The notes under the pieces were generated by a model. The model was given only the letters and a program-made list of their open reading frames with translations, searched no databases and was not told the DNA's origin. A program made the position numbers and the translations under genes. This document shows positions 34,501 to 44,842 of a stretch of DNA of 64,000 bases, one piece after another. The stretch comes from Flectonema sp. DT1601. Taxonomy: Eukaryota. The stretch covers positions 620,001 to 684,000 of the forward strand of contig OZ025794.1 of NCBI GenBank assembly GCA_964019425.1, written 5' to 3'. Numbering within the stretch: the first letter of the stretch is position 1; each line of letters begins with the position of its first letter.

Positions 34501-37500
34501 TTCTGTATTAGAAGATAGTGGTCTTTATAACAGTACTTGGGCAACACAAATATCAGTTGGAAGGTATGAGGGAGCTCAGTTGCCTGCGGAGTTTATAATT
34601 CAGACGGTGCAGGTGACGACTAATACACAAAATCAACAGCTATTCGAGGGGATGGGTCCTCAGGTTGATTCAAATGGAATGTTAACTTTTACTCCTGCGG
34701 CGAATCAAAGTGGTGAAGCGACGATTGCGATATCAATTGTAGGGGGTACTTCATCATCAACAGCTGTTCTTGTAATCAATATCATTCCAGTAAATGATCA
34801 ACCGTATTTTACATTGTTTCAAGATGTTATATTTACTATGAAATCATCCGGTCCTCAGACAGTAAGAAGCTTCTTTAATGATATCCTACCTGGTCCTGTT
34901 GACGAGTATTCACAATCTGTGTCGTTGTTAATTCAAACAAATAATTCGAATTTGTTCATCGAAGAACCTCGAACGTTATATAATGGAGGGGGTTCGGCAG
35001 ACTTGTTTTTTACTCCTTCAGATTCATTAAGTGGAGTGGCTCTCGTGACAATTAGGGGAACTGATAACGGTGGTGTAGCTCAGGGAGGTCAAAATACTTT
35101 AACCAGAACTTTTTTAATTGTTGTTAGCGATGTCAACAACCCTCCTACATTCGTTAAAGGCTCAGATATTATTTTATTGGAAGACGCATGTTTGGCATCA
35201 GCTCCGTGTAATTTTTCAAACTGGGCTACGAGAATTTCACCAGGTTCTGGTGAAGATCAATTTCAAAGTTTGACTTTTATAGTTCGACCGTTTGTTGATA
35301 GTTTCTTAGATGAAATTCAAGTGATCGGATATCCAGGAATTGATGCAGGGAGATTATCTATATCGTTAGTTCCAAATAACAGTGGAGTTTCCATGGTTAC
35401 AGCAACTGCCATAGACTCGATGAATTTAACATCTTCACCTCAGACATTCTTAGTGACAGTCCGACCAGTTAACGACGCTCCGTCGTTCGATACTGGAGCT
35501 GATATTTTCTTAGATGAATGTCTGACAGTACTCCCTTGTAGTTATTCCTTTCCAGGATGGGTTAATAATGTTATTGTTGGTCCACCTGATGAATCAGGTC
35601 AGACAATGACGTACACGGTAGATACTAATAGCCCAAATCTTTTTAGTATACCACCTCAGATCAATCCTGTCACTGGAACGTTAACCTTCTCTCTGAATCA
35701 GTATCAAAATTCTGCTGGAGTTCCGCTATCGTTTCTTATAACTGGATGTGATTCAGGAGGTAGACAAAATGGTGGACAAGACTGCGTGATGAGAAGTTTT
35801 AACCTAACTGTAGGAACAGTAAACTCTGGATCATTCTTTCAATCTGGAGCAGCAGTAGTTGCGATTGAAGATGAGGGTTTAGTCCTTCGTAGGAATTGGG
35901 CAACCAACACAACAACTGGTCGCACTAATGGTCAAAGTAACATAGCTGGTCAGGTAACATGTTTTCCTAATGACCCGTCTTTGTTTTCATCAATCACTCC
36001 GAATGTTAATATTAGTATCCCATCGGGTGATCTTCAGTTTGTTACGGCACCTAATCAACATGGAGTCACTATTGTATCTTGTAATGGACTTGTTGGATCA
36101 AATACAACGTTGAATGAGAAATTCATGGTTACAATTCTACCTGTTAACGATGCTCCCACATTTCAACTTAGAAACTTATCACTTGCGCTTAATACTACAA
36201 CAGGAACAGGTTCTGGAATTGTGTTGGTTGGAAATAATCGAACAGCGATATTTGATCCTAACCTGTTCTGGGCACAAGGACTCGTAATTATTGATCAAAA
36301 CACGACTGTTCCATTCCCTGGAGTACTGCCAGGGACTAATAGAGTTCCTGGTCCTGGTGGGTCATTTGGAATAGTTCAGCAATTCAATCAAAACTACGTA
36401 ATATCCGGCAGGGATGTTGTTGTATTAGAAAACTGGGGTAACTCCCCAATGAGTGGAGGTTCTGGTTATGTGATTCAATACTTAGAACCATCTGCGATAT
36501 CTGCTGGGGCACCTGATGAAGATCTGACACAAGATCTCACATTTGAAACTGTTTGTACGAATACTGCTCTGTTCACAAGCCCTCCAGAAGTTTCTTCAAG
36601 TGGGATATTAGTTTTTAAATTGAGAGAAAAGTTATCAGGGAATGCTTACTGTACAATAACACTCGTCGACAATGGAGATACTCTGAGAGGGGGAATTCGT
36701 CGTTCAGCTCCACTAACTTTTTCAATTGTTGTACTGGACGTTAATAACCCTCCAGAGTTTACTCGAGGTCCTGATGTTGTTGTACTTGAAGACGTCTACT
36801 CTGAACAGAGATATAGACAAGACTGGGCCTCAAATATTAATTCAGGTGATGCTGGTGTTCCTGCTTCTGAAGTAGCACTTCGGTATCTTGAAAATAACTC
36901 AACCGCAGTAAGTGATTTATCATTTGTAGTTGATCCTTTTTTTGAACCATGGCCTACATCAGGTGTACTGAGTTTTCAATTAGGTAGAAATGAGTTTGGA
37001 ACAGCTGAAGGATTCGTTTTTGCAATCGATTCATCAGGTGCGACATCGGAACGATCAAGTTTAACAATAACAGTGTTACCTGTCAATGATGCTCCTTTAT
37101 TCACACTAAAGAGAACTATAATAAGATCAATTGAAGATGTTGGTCGATTATCAATCGACATTATTGAAAATGCATCCCCTGGACCAACCAACGAGGCTGG
37201 TCAACTTCTTAGATGGGAAGTAACTCGAATCCCACCTCAGTCATCTTCATCACTACAATCACAGAGAGAGATTATCTTCGCTGAAGACCCAAGAATAATA
37301 CCAACAACAGTAACAGACCAGTTCAATATTACATTCTTATCGGAACTAGATTCTTGGGGTACAGGAAGATACGACATCTGTTTAATAGACGACGGAGGTA
37401 CTGCAAACGGAGGGATTGATAGGTTTTGTCAACAAATTCAATTCGAAATAAGTTCCGTCAACGACCCCCCGAGAGCAGTAACAAGTGGAGCAATTCAACT

Positions 37501-40500
37501 AAAAGAAGACAGCGGACTAACAACAATAAGATCATGGATATCAATGATTAATCCTGGACCACAAGATGAGATCCTTGGTGTTGGACAAACTGGAACAGTC
37601 AGTACCAATAATGCAATTGTTGTTGGAGCAGTGTCATGTCCGACTACACCAGTGTTGTTAAACTCTGTACCGACTATTGTATATCCCCCAGGTGATATAA
37701 CAATAGACTTAATACCTAATTACTTTGGTCAGATTAACTGTACTGTTTCTATCCAAGACTCTGGTGGATCAGTTGCTGTAGTTGAGATTCCAATAGAAGT
37801 AGTTCCCGTTAATGATATGCCTCAATTCACAGGAATAACTTCATTAGTTGAGGTATTTGAGGATTCAACTGCGTTCAGGAGTATGTTCGCGACCAGTCTT
37901 AGCATTGGTCATAGTACTGAAGTATCGTCACAGAGATATTCTTTTTTATTAACTCCAACAGCAGCTCGTCTTGGAGTATCTAACGGGATTGGTGACATTA
38001 TAAGAGACCACACTGCTCCTGTTGTTGGGGATAATATCGGACCTGTTGATGCTGAGAATCAATTGTTTGTAACAAATCCAACAATAACACTAATGGGACA
38101 GTCTGCTTATCTATCCTTCGTACCTGCACCTGATCAATACGGAGAGGTTTCTTATAATGTTCAACTAGTTGATAATGGAGGAATTCTAAACGGAGGAATC
38201 GATAGATCAGTTGCTGTTCCGTTAACAGTTCGAGTATTGTCAGTAAATGATATGCCATTCTTGGCTTCGAATTCAACTTTGTTGTCATCACCTCCTGTTA
38301 TTACTATTTTAGAAGATCAGTCTCAGTCACAACCAAATAATATTTTACAAGTACCAGCTCAGTTCACTATAATAAGAGGTCCAGATAATGAAAATTGGCA
38401 ATCAGTTACCTACACTGTAGCATGGCCTTCTGATAACACGACATTGTTTGCACAGCCTCCAGCGATTCATAGTACAGCACTTCAGCTTGGTGATGATAAT
38501 ATGTTAGTGATTTCACAACAAAAAGATGCATTTGGTCAAATAAGATTAACAGTTAGAGCTGTAGACTCTGGAGGTACTTTACGAGGTGGAATAGATGAAA
38601 GTGTTGATTTCTTTATCGACATAGTGATCCTACCTGTGAATGATCCTCCTGGAGTTGTATTCGGATCTGGTGCGAACTTCAGTAATGGTGTTATTACTAT
38701 TCTGGAAGACACACCAACAACAACTAATGGGTTTATATTAAGATTTTATGGAGGGGGATCTCCAGACAGTACTTATGAAAATAGTCAAGTGGTTGATGTA
38801 ATAAGTTCTGGTCCACAACAGGGACAATTAGTATCAACTGTTCAAGTCTTCGCTGATGGAACTGTTACAATAAATCCTTTATTAAATGCGAATGGTCAAA
38901 CAACTGGTTGGGTTCAATTAAGAGATAATGGAGGATTATCAAACGGAGGTCAAGACACTTCAAGGATAACTTTCACAATAAATATAACACCAGTAAATGA
39001 CGCTCCTTCATTCAATGTAATTCAACAGACTGTGACGGTTAAAGAAGATTGTGGATTGGTTACAATTAATGATGTCATCGCTCAAGCAATTGCTGGACCT
39101 CCAGATGAGGCTTCGCAAGATTTATTCTTTCGAGTTCTTGTAGAAGGTGTCACAGCTGATCAGCCCATTACTTCAATTTTTACAGTAGCTCCTGATATCC
39201 CTGATGCTGCTATTGGATCTCTTCGATTTGAACCAACAGCTGACTACTTTGGTAATGTTAGGCTTTCTATTCAATTGTGTGATAGCGGAGGTAATGACAA
39301 TGGAGGAATTAATTGTTCTCCCTTTCAGGTTGTTAATATTGTGATTGTCGGAGTAAATGATATTCCAACCTTCACACCAGGACCACCTATTATAACAACA
39401 TCACTATCACAAGGTCAATACACAAGCTCTTGGGCTACAAATATCAGAGGAGGACCAGCAAATGAACGTCAAGACCAGTCTGTTGTATTTGTTATCAGTT
39501 CACTTAGTAATCCGTCATTATTCTCAACTGGAGGATCACCAGCAATATCAAACACCGGACAGTTAACGTTTACTCAGTCTGGGACTACAGCTGGTAATTC
39601 TACAATGTTAGTCATGTTGAGAGATGATTTAGGGACTGATACTCCACCTTATAGAGTAACAATTCAAGTTCTTGATGATGTTAATCCTCCTTTAGTAGCT
39701 ATACTTGATTCTCCTTTTGATGATTTCAACCGAATTAATTTTGCGAATGACGTTGCTAGAAATCTTCAAATAGACAGCACCTGTATCATAGTGTTAGACG
39801 TACAGCCGAGTACGGTTAGAGTTCGGTTTCGTTTTTCAGAAACATGCACTACTGCTAACCCAGACGTGAGCAATCAATTCTTAAGTACGGCAGCACAGGT
39901 ACCTCCTTCTCAGTTAGCTACCGACTTGCGTGTTATTTCATCTTTTAAAGACAACGGAAACCCCCCAGCAGCTGGTCCTGCTGGAAATCCAATAACAGTG
40001 GCCTCGCCTGCCTCAGGGGACGACACTCTTGTTTATGTTTTAATTGCTGTAGGTGTGGTGTTGGTACTGTTGGTAATCGCTATTGTATTTTGCATCAGAA
40101 GGTGGCTGAAAAAAAAGAGGGAATTGGCTGCAGCAGAAGAAGCATCTATTGAACGGCACTCGGTGGGTTACGGTCCGTCAGGTCCTGGTTTTGCGAGATA
40201 CCCAGCGGGATCAATTCAAAGTTACTTTCCGGGTGATGCTCCTGCAGGGATGGTTGACGGACCGACTATCGATCCTGATGTTCCGCGACTTGGTCAAGGA
40301 TATCATGCTGAGAGAGGTCAAACTGAAGAATTCCCAGGGTCAGCACACCGAACTGTTAATCTCTTACAAGATTCTCAGGAAATGAAACAATTCTCTTCCC
40401 AGTCGTCGTCTCTCACAACTGGAGTTCCTTCTTCAAAGAGTGATAACAATAATAGCGTTTACTCTGCGGTATCACATCGAAATTCCTCTGAGAACCCGAT

Positions 40501-40684
40501 TGATATGATGTTTGGTCAACCAGTAGTTCACACTGTTGGTACTGGTATTGTTGACAAGAATGCTTCTACTGCTGTCTTGGCTAACCAACAGTTCAGTGAA
40601 AGCAATCAAGATCAGCAAAGGGATACGATAGTAGAAGAAGATGATGGTGATGAAGAAGAAGAAGAAGAAATAATAATTCCTTAG
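31508..40684 (+). CDS. Giant type I membrane adhesin-like protein with EGF-like and cadherin/Ig-like repeats
   Basis: 3058-aa uninterrupted ORF: signal peptide, 6 Cys-rich CDDC..C..C.DP..F.C.C repeats, about 18 (P/D)VN(D/N)xP repeat junctions, SEA-like juxtamembrane domain, TM (LVYVLIAVGVVLVLLVIAIVFCI) and an acidic tail. Confidence 0.92.
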   Translation: MLVYFQNTLLVAFSYLLVVQAAPPTFQQVQQLTVDEGTLGTQSVGNFIFNLLDGDNGLDGFTGSIADAQVVNIAPNSDFFTVIPAVTPPARNCDPAPGCSLTLTYQLAQFASGVVTFQIQINDAALEPGPLIQTTLTVREINNAPIPGLATSLGTAGNPVTTAENSGAVIGIQVLAVPIPPGPPRTIQGPAPFGNEAGQIVMSISCVADRPNLFAAMNGPDINPTTGLLSFTPQRGRVGITTISCDVRDSADDPTTTADNGSIQFVIQIIAGQDCADGEVGALACDGTLQTCSDDGLPHGDDLLNNNFVCVCNNGGQTSLRQAAQFCDDCFAGAAGAISCADATIPARWHCVDPDPSPGAQGNFLCNCTNNGGVGTPPATCDDCLVGAIGTFLCGPTAYCIDPDFGDPLQQRNYQCVCNNNANRGTPSANTPPTSCDDCQSAPCGNGQTCMDPDAGLPAQQFNYICTCLNGGGSATGTPATTCNDCSAMPNVCGVGQSCTDTNPGSGSQGDFVCSCDNNNGVTAVGGRVPFCDDCSASPCGDPTQQVCFDPNPISGSYLDFTCTCNNGINYGVLPIGQQVGSIAICPRPPTFTPGVTIIRVSEELSREFLNNGMIWTAGPGIVSGYNRLWATVISDAEGLNGIDSMTQSREFRLRFLSGSSFGSSTNATDMFLPGAPPFVDSSGRLSFNLRHNAWGIATYSVVLVDSGEPSRFTGNQNSICENSDIWCTSARIATLTIEVVPENDPPSFNCTNQTITVFENSGPINLQQWAVNVSAGQFEDANLQGLEFKVYNDNPGLFANQPHVDHDGVSTTADLRFEPLLNAEGEANVVIELWDSGQDVDGSVRRQSATCNTIRIVVLDVNQIPTFSNQGDVTVLEDAPRSTIAKWAREISAGAWDGSRGNQAPNDASRNVWFRLVYQNATKDSRKLRELPTIHPVTGDLTVWPTADENTALPDGPILFNVTLVDSLGRESIIHTLTLHITPIDDPSTFLSGLPRISVLEDSGLYNSTWATQISVGRYEGAQLPAEFIIQTVQVTTNTQNQQLFEGMGPQVDSNGMLTFTPAANQSGEATIAISIVGGTSSSTAVLVINIIPVNDQPYFTLFQDVIFTMKSSGPQTVRSFFNDILPGPVDEYSQSVSLLIQTNNSNLFIEEPRTLYNGGGSADLFFTPSDSLSGVALVTIRGTDNGGVAQGGQNTLTRTFLIVVSDVNNPPTFVKGSDIILLEDACLASAPCNFSNWATRISPGSGEDQFQSLTFIVRPFVDSFLDEIQVIGYPGIDAGRLSISLVPNNSGVSMVTATAIDSMNLTSSPQTFLVTVRPVNDAPSFDTGADIFLDECLTVLPCSYSFPGWVNNVIVGPPDESGQTMTYTVDTNSPNLFSIPPQINPVTGTLTFSLNQYQNSAGVPLSFLITGCDSGGRQNGGQDCVMRSFNLTVGTVNSGSFFQSGAAVVAIEDEGLVLRRNWATNTTTGRTNGQSNIAGQVTCFPNDPSLFSSITPNVNISIPSGDLQFVTAPNQHGVTIVSCNGLVGSNTTLNEKFMVTILPVNDAPTFQLRNLSLALNTTTGTGSGIVLVGNNRTAIFDPNLFWAQGLVIIDQNTTVPFPGVLPGTNRVPGPGGSFGIVQQFNQNYVISGRDVVVLENWGNSPMSGGSGYVIQYLEPSAISAGAPDEDLTQDLTFETVCTNTALFTSPPEVSSSGILVFKLREKLSGNAYCTITLVDNGDTLRGGIRRSAPLTFSIVVLDVNNPPEFTRGPDVVVLEDVYSEQRYRQDWASNINSGDAGVPASEVALRYLENNSTAVSDLSFVVDPFFEPWPTSGVLSFQLGRNEFGTAEGFVFAIDSSGATSERSSLTITVLPVNDAPLFTLKRTIIRSIEDVGRLSIDIIENASPGPTNEAGQLLRWEVTRIPPQSSSSLQSQREIIFAEDPRIIPTTVTDQFNITFLSELDSWGTGRYDICLIDDGGTANGGIDRFCQQIQFEISSVNDPPRAVTSGAIQLKEDSGLTTIRSWISMINPGPQDEILGVGQTGTVSTNNAIVVGAVSCPTTPVLLNSVPTIVYPPGDITIDLIPNYFGQINCTVSIQDSGGSVAVVEIPIEVVPVNDMPQFTGITSLVEVFEDSTAFRSMFATSLSIGHSTEVSSQRYSFLLTPTAARLGVSNGIGDIIRDHTAPVVGDNIGPVDAENQLFVTNPTITLMGQSAYLSFVPAPDQYGEVSYNVQLVDNGGILNGGIDRSVAVPLTVRVLSVNDMPFLASNSTLLSSPPVITILEDQSQSQPNNILQVPAQFTIIRGPDNENWQSVTYTVAWPSDNTTLFAQPPAIHSTALQLGDDNMLVISQQKDAFGQIRLTVRAVDSGGTLRGGIDESVDFFIDIVILPVNDPPGVVFGSGANFSNGVITILEDTPTTTNGFILRFYGGGSPDSTYENSQVVDVISSGPQQGQLVSTVQVFADGTVTINPLLNANGQTTGWVQLRDNGGLSNGGQDTSRITFTINITPVNDAPSFNVIQQTVTVKEDCGLVTINDVIAQAIAGPPDEASQDLFFRVLVEGVTADQPITSIFTVAPDIPDAAIGSLRFEPTADYFGNVRLSIQLCDSGGNDNGGINCSPFQVVNIVIVGVNDIPTFTPGPPIITTSLSQGQYTSSWATNIRGGPANERQDQSVVFVISSLSNPSLFSTGGSPAISNTGQLTFTQSGTTAGNSTMLVMLRDDLGTDTPPYRVTIQVLDDVNPPLVAILDSPFDDFNRINFANDVARNLQIDSTCIIVLDVQPSTVRVRFRFSETCTTANPDVSNQFLSTAAQVPPSQLATDLRVISSFKDNGNPPAAGPAGNPITVASPASGDDTLVYVLIAVGVVLVLLVIAIVFCIRRWLKKKRELAAAEEASIERHSVGYGPSGPGFARYPAGSIQSYFPGDAPAGMVDGPTIDPDVPRLGQGYHAERGQTEEFPGSAHRTVNLLQDSQEMKQFSSQSSSLTTGVPSSKSDNNNSVYSAVSHRNSSENPIDMMFGQPVVHTVGTGIVDKNASTAVLANQQFSESNQDQQRDTIVEEDDGDEEEEEEIIIP

Positions 40685-41274
40685 TAACATGTGTTCTGTA
40701 ATTCCTTATATGTGTTTTCTTATTTTAGAAATTAAAACAAACTTTTCATGTCGCAATAGATTAGCGACTGATTCATCATTTATTAGTTGTCAGTTTTTTC
40801 TTTTTGTTGTTGTTGCAATTTTCATAAATTGAGAACGTTCATAGATCGCAACGTTAACAGTTTAAGAAAAATGCAAATTAAAATAATAAAACAAAATAAA
40901 TGTTATCGATAAGTTCATCATAACCAACAAAAAAAAAAAAAAAACGCCTTCTTTTTTCTCTTTCTATTTTCTGTTTGTCAGTAGTTGTGTCACACACACA
41001 CGTGTAAGTTAGATTTAACAAAAAAAAAAAAGAAATATAGATATATTTATAGATAATAGTTGTATGTGCATATTGTGTTTAAATTATAACTTTGTTTTTC
41101 CCTTTTTTTTTAAACAGCAACGGGTGTTTTTGTATATGGATATAGTCGGAGAAGAAACTATTCAGATTGAAAATCGATGCTTCTTTTGTCTGCGCGTTTT
41201 TAACGAAAATATAAAAGCTAATTATTTTATTATACTTACAGTTCGGGGTCCTTCCCCCTCTCCCCTTACAAACA

Positions 41275-44217
41275 ATGTTAAAAAATTGGCGTAAAAGTGC
41301 AAAATCAAAGGTCGTCGAAGCATCGAATGAAGTAGCCTACAAGACGGTGATGAAGGGATTCACAATTTCTGACAGATCAGTCGCCTCAGGTGGTCATGCT
41401 ATGTTGTGGCGATGTTATTCAGCAGTAAAAGAAAGCACTAAAGAACATGTAACTGTATTCTTATTAAATAAAAAAGACCTCGATGAGGTTGTCGACGCAA
41501 GTGAACGTGACAACCTGATTGAAAGATTCAAAGCTGGAGTTATTCAACAGGCTCGAATACTACATCCCGGAGCTTTACGGGTATTAGAACCAATGCGTCA
41601 AAAGGGTCCATATTTAATGTTTGCTACGGAACAGGTATTTGGAAGTCTCGCTAATGTTGTTGGTGATCACACAAATGTTGATGTGAGTGGCGAGAAAATG
41701 AAATGTTTTATGCAGGAGTTGGATCCTTTAGAGAAAAAGTATGCTCTATTTCAACTCGCAGAAGGGCTTTCATTTTTACACACAAAAGTTGCGGTCGCTC
41801 ATCTAAATCTGACTCCCGGAAACATTTGGATCACTCCTAACGGAGATTGGAAAATCGGAGGATTTGAATTCTCTGTTCCTGCTGACGGCAGTCGGCAGCC
41901 TTGTCAGAACTTTACTTCAATTGTTGGTTCTGGTCCCTTTGATAGTTCTATTAATCCTTGGTTAGGACCTGATTTGGAATATGCTGCACCAGAATATGTA
42001 AAAGGAATGCCTCCTTCACTTAAATCTGATTTATTTAGTTTTGGATGCATTGCTTATGAAGTACTATCAATAAAAGAAAGAGCAGACCCAGGATGTGCAA
42101 GAGATCAACTAATGAGATGCGGTAGTAATACGAGTTTATATCAATCAAGGCTTCAAGAGCTTCCAAGTAGGCTATCTCAACATCCTGATCAATCAGCCTC
42201 ATCAACAATACTAGAACTCACTCACGGACTTAGAGGCGGTGGTGAAATGTCAGCTGTTCTCAGTTCTGCTTCAATGTTTTCTGAGCTTTCTGTTAAGTGT
42301 TTAATTTACCTTCCTCGATTACCAGAAAAGTCTGATAGTGCTAAAATAGCATACCTACGAGATCTATATAAAGTAGTAGAAGGATACAATAACAGAATAG
42401 TGAGACTAAAGATTCTTCCCATCCTGCTACAATTAGTCCACAGTAACACACAATACGTACTACCAATTGTTCTTCAAACTGTGAAAGTTTTGGAAAGGAA
42501 TGAATTTGAAGAAGTCGTTCTTCCACACTTGTCAGCAATCATGACCAGAAACCCAACTCAACAAGTCTGTGCTATTATATTAGCAAAGACAGTAGACGTA
42601 GTGCAGAAGTGTGGTCCTGATGTAGTTCGTTCACTTTTTAGTCAATTCGTATGTCAGCAGCTGAAGACAAATGCCAGCAGAGGTCTGTTCGAGGTGGTAA
42701 AAAGTTTGTGTCAGAATGGCACCTTCGACAATCAAATAATTGACGAGCAGATCATCCCTGGCGTCTGTACTATCGCCGCCAAACACCAAGACTCTACAAT
42801 AAGAATGTGTTCTTATGAAGTATTGGTTACAATAATTCCTTTAATGCCTAGTATGAGTCATGGTTATATTATTCTTCAGTGTATGAAGCAAGCATTAACA
42901 AATGAACCTGACCCAGCACTCCTTCCGACTGTTATCAAATTTTACAAGGAGCTCTCTAATTTCCCAGAACTCGATGAACATGCTTTGGCAAAATCTATTC
43001 TGACACCCCTCGTGTCACTCCTTCCTGGTGCTAGTGATCCGAGTCACTTCAATGCTATTTATAGTGTTGTTACCTTATTGTTGGCGAGAATTCAGGAATT
43101 AAAGTTGGAACATTTCGGAGGGAAGAAGGTCACAAAGCAGGCACCGGTACCCGTAGAGCCACAGCAAGGGGCTGATTGGCAAACAGACCTTCCTCTGAAT
43201 GTCGGGAAGACTCCATCGACTGCTGTCTTTGGTGGACTCAATATGAGCGGCAGTGGATCATCAGCTGACATATTCAATAGTACGCAGCAGGCACCAATGC
43301 AACAACTACAGCAACCGCTACAGCAGCAACACCAACAGCAACAGCCACAGCAGCAACACCAACAACAGCAGCAGCCACCTGCAGACGCGTTCGGAGGTCT
43401 GACTGGTGAAATAGAGAAGGCAAAGGACAACGCACATCCTAATCCCTGGATGCGTAAAACAGAAGGATCGCAACTTCCATCAGAAATGTGCGATCCATAC
43501 AAAAAAAAGCTTCCTTCTCCAAAACCAGTGCAGCCCCCTACAACAACTGTGAATGCAAACAGCGAATGGGGCTTCTCAAAGACGGAGCCACAAAATGATA
43601 GCTGGCCACAAGATGACGATTCGAGTTGGGGAAACTTTTCCCCGTCCAATAAAAATGGAGCGGCTACAGGGAATAACAACACCGCTAATAATAATAATGA
43701 TAATAACAATTGGGGATTCCCTCAACAGAACGCTAGTAATCCATCTGCTTCCACTACTTCCACTACTACTACTCTCAGCAATCCTCCTGCTGCTGGTATG
43801 AGCAACGACTGGGCCTTCCAATCATCCGCACCTGCCCCTCCTAAGCCAGCTGGTAACGTGTCTGTACCAGTCGCACAAGTTAATCAAACTACAGTAGAGA
43901 AGCCAGCAAACAATGACTGGGCATTTCAGTCAAACAATCCTGCTACTGGTCATAATAGTAATAACAACAATAGCAACAACACTGCTGCTGCTGACAATTG
44001 GGGATTTCCGAGTAACGCTCCTACAAAGCCCCAGGCTGATGACTGGGCTGCCTTTAGGTTTGTTTTCTTTTTTATTATACGATCAGATGTGTTGTTCGTA
44101 AGCAGTTCTCCAAACAAAATACCAAACAGTACTCCATCGCAACCTGCACAACCTGTAAAGCCAACACCAGCATCACAACAAGGAGCTAATAAATTAGATG
44201 ATTTGTTTAACTTCTAG
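41275..44217 (+). CDS. SCY1: SCY1-like (SCYL2/CVAK104-type) pseudokinase; probable 72-nt intron at 44058-44129
   Basis: Kinase-like domain (HPGALRVLEP, AHLNLTPGNIWITPNGDWKIGGFEF, PDLEYAAPEY, SDLFSFG), HEAT repeats, and a Q/N/P-rich tail with DWAF/WGF/DDWAAF motifs. Confidence 0.9.
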   Translation: MLKNWRKSAKSKVVEASNEVAYKTVMKGFTISDRSVASGGHAMLWRCYSAVKESTKEHVTVFLLNKKDLDEVVDASERDNLIERFKAGVIQQARILHPGALRVLEPMRQKGPYLMFATEQVFGSLANVVGDHTNVDVSGEKMKCFMQELDPLEKKYALFQLAEGLSFLHTKVAVAHLNLTPGNIWITPNGDWKIGGFEFSVPADGSRQPCQNFTSIVGSGPFDSSINPWLGPDLEYAAPEYVKGMPPSLKSDLFSFGCIAYEVLSIKERADPGCARDQLMRCGSNTSLYQSRLQELPSRLSQHPDQSASSTILELTHGLRGGGEMSAVLSSASMFSELSVKCLIYLPRLPEKSDSAKIAYLRDLYKVVEGYNNRIVRLKILPILLQLVHSNTQYVLPIVLQTVKVLERNEFEEVVLPHLSAIMTRNPTQQVCAIILAKTVDVVQKCGPDVVRSLFSQFVCQQLKTNASRGLFEVVKSLCQNGTFDNQIIDEQIIPGVCTIAAKHQDSTIRMCSYEVLVTIIPLMPSMSHGYIILQCMKQALTNEPDPALLPTVIKFYKELSNFPELDEHALAKSILTPLVSLLPGASDPSHFNAIYSVVTLLLARIQELKLEHFGGKKVTKQAPVPVEPQQGADWQTDLPLNVGKTPSTAVFGGLNMSGSGSSADIFNSTQQAPMQQLQQPLQQQHQQQQPQQQHQQQQQPPADAFGGLTGEIEKAKDNAHPNPWMRKTEGSQLPSEMCDPYKKKLPSPKPVQPPTTTVNANSEWGFSKTEPQNDSWPQDDDSSWGNFSPSNKNGAATGNNNTANNNNDNNNWGFPQQNASNPSASTTSTTTTLSNPPAAGMSNDWAFQSSAPAPPKPAGNVSVPVAQVNQTTVEKPANNDWAFQSNNPATGHNSNNNNSNNTAAADNWGFPSNAPTKPQADDWAAFRFVFFFIIRSDVLFVSSSPNKIPNSTPSQPAQPVKPTPASQQGANKLDDLFNF

Positions 44218-44842
44218 TTGGTGGTGATTGATGTTTTTATATTCTTTAGATTATTCCAACTCCGATATCAAGACGATGCGAGCTGCTTCAGTAGCAGTTG
44301 TAAAGTAGTAGTGGTGGTTCTTTAATTTTAATTTGATAATTTGTTTCGTTCATTTGAGAAGCCAATAAAGAAAAGGCAACCAAACAAAACGGATGAGGAT
44401 AACAATTGGGTTCTCGATCTTCTTTCGAAAGTAACAAGTCAAACGTTTTGATGATCTTTTTCAAACTCTTTTACACGGTTGGAAGGTCTTCTGAAAGGTA
44501 GGCTACCATTTGAAACCGACTGTATTGTCCAGAAATCAAGACAGGTTTCCTCGATTTGATAAATGAAAGAATAGCAACTTGCCACTCTCTGAATTTAAAA
44601 AAAAAAAAAAAAAAAAATTAAAAAAAACCCATATTCGATTTATTTAAAAACAACATAATAATAAACTTTTAGAAAAATAACAGACTGTTAAAGAGGGGAA
44701 TAGAAACAAAAAGAAAAAAGACCTTTAATATTTTGAAATGTTATGTGGTACAGTCAGGTGACACACATCTCTGGCTCTGATAGTTTTCTTCTAAAGGAAA
44801 TAATGTTTGCAGTGTTTATCTTACTTTTCTTTCGTCAGTTGG

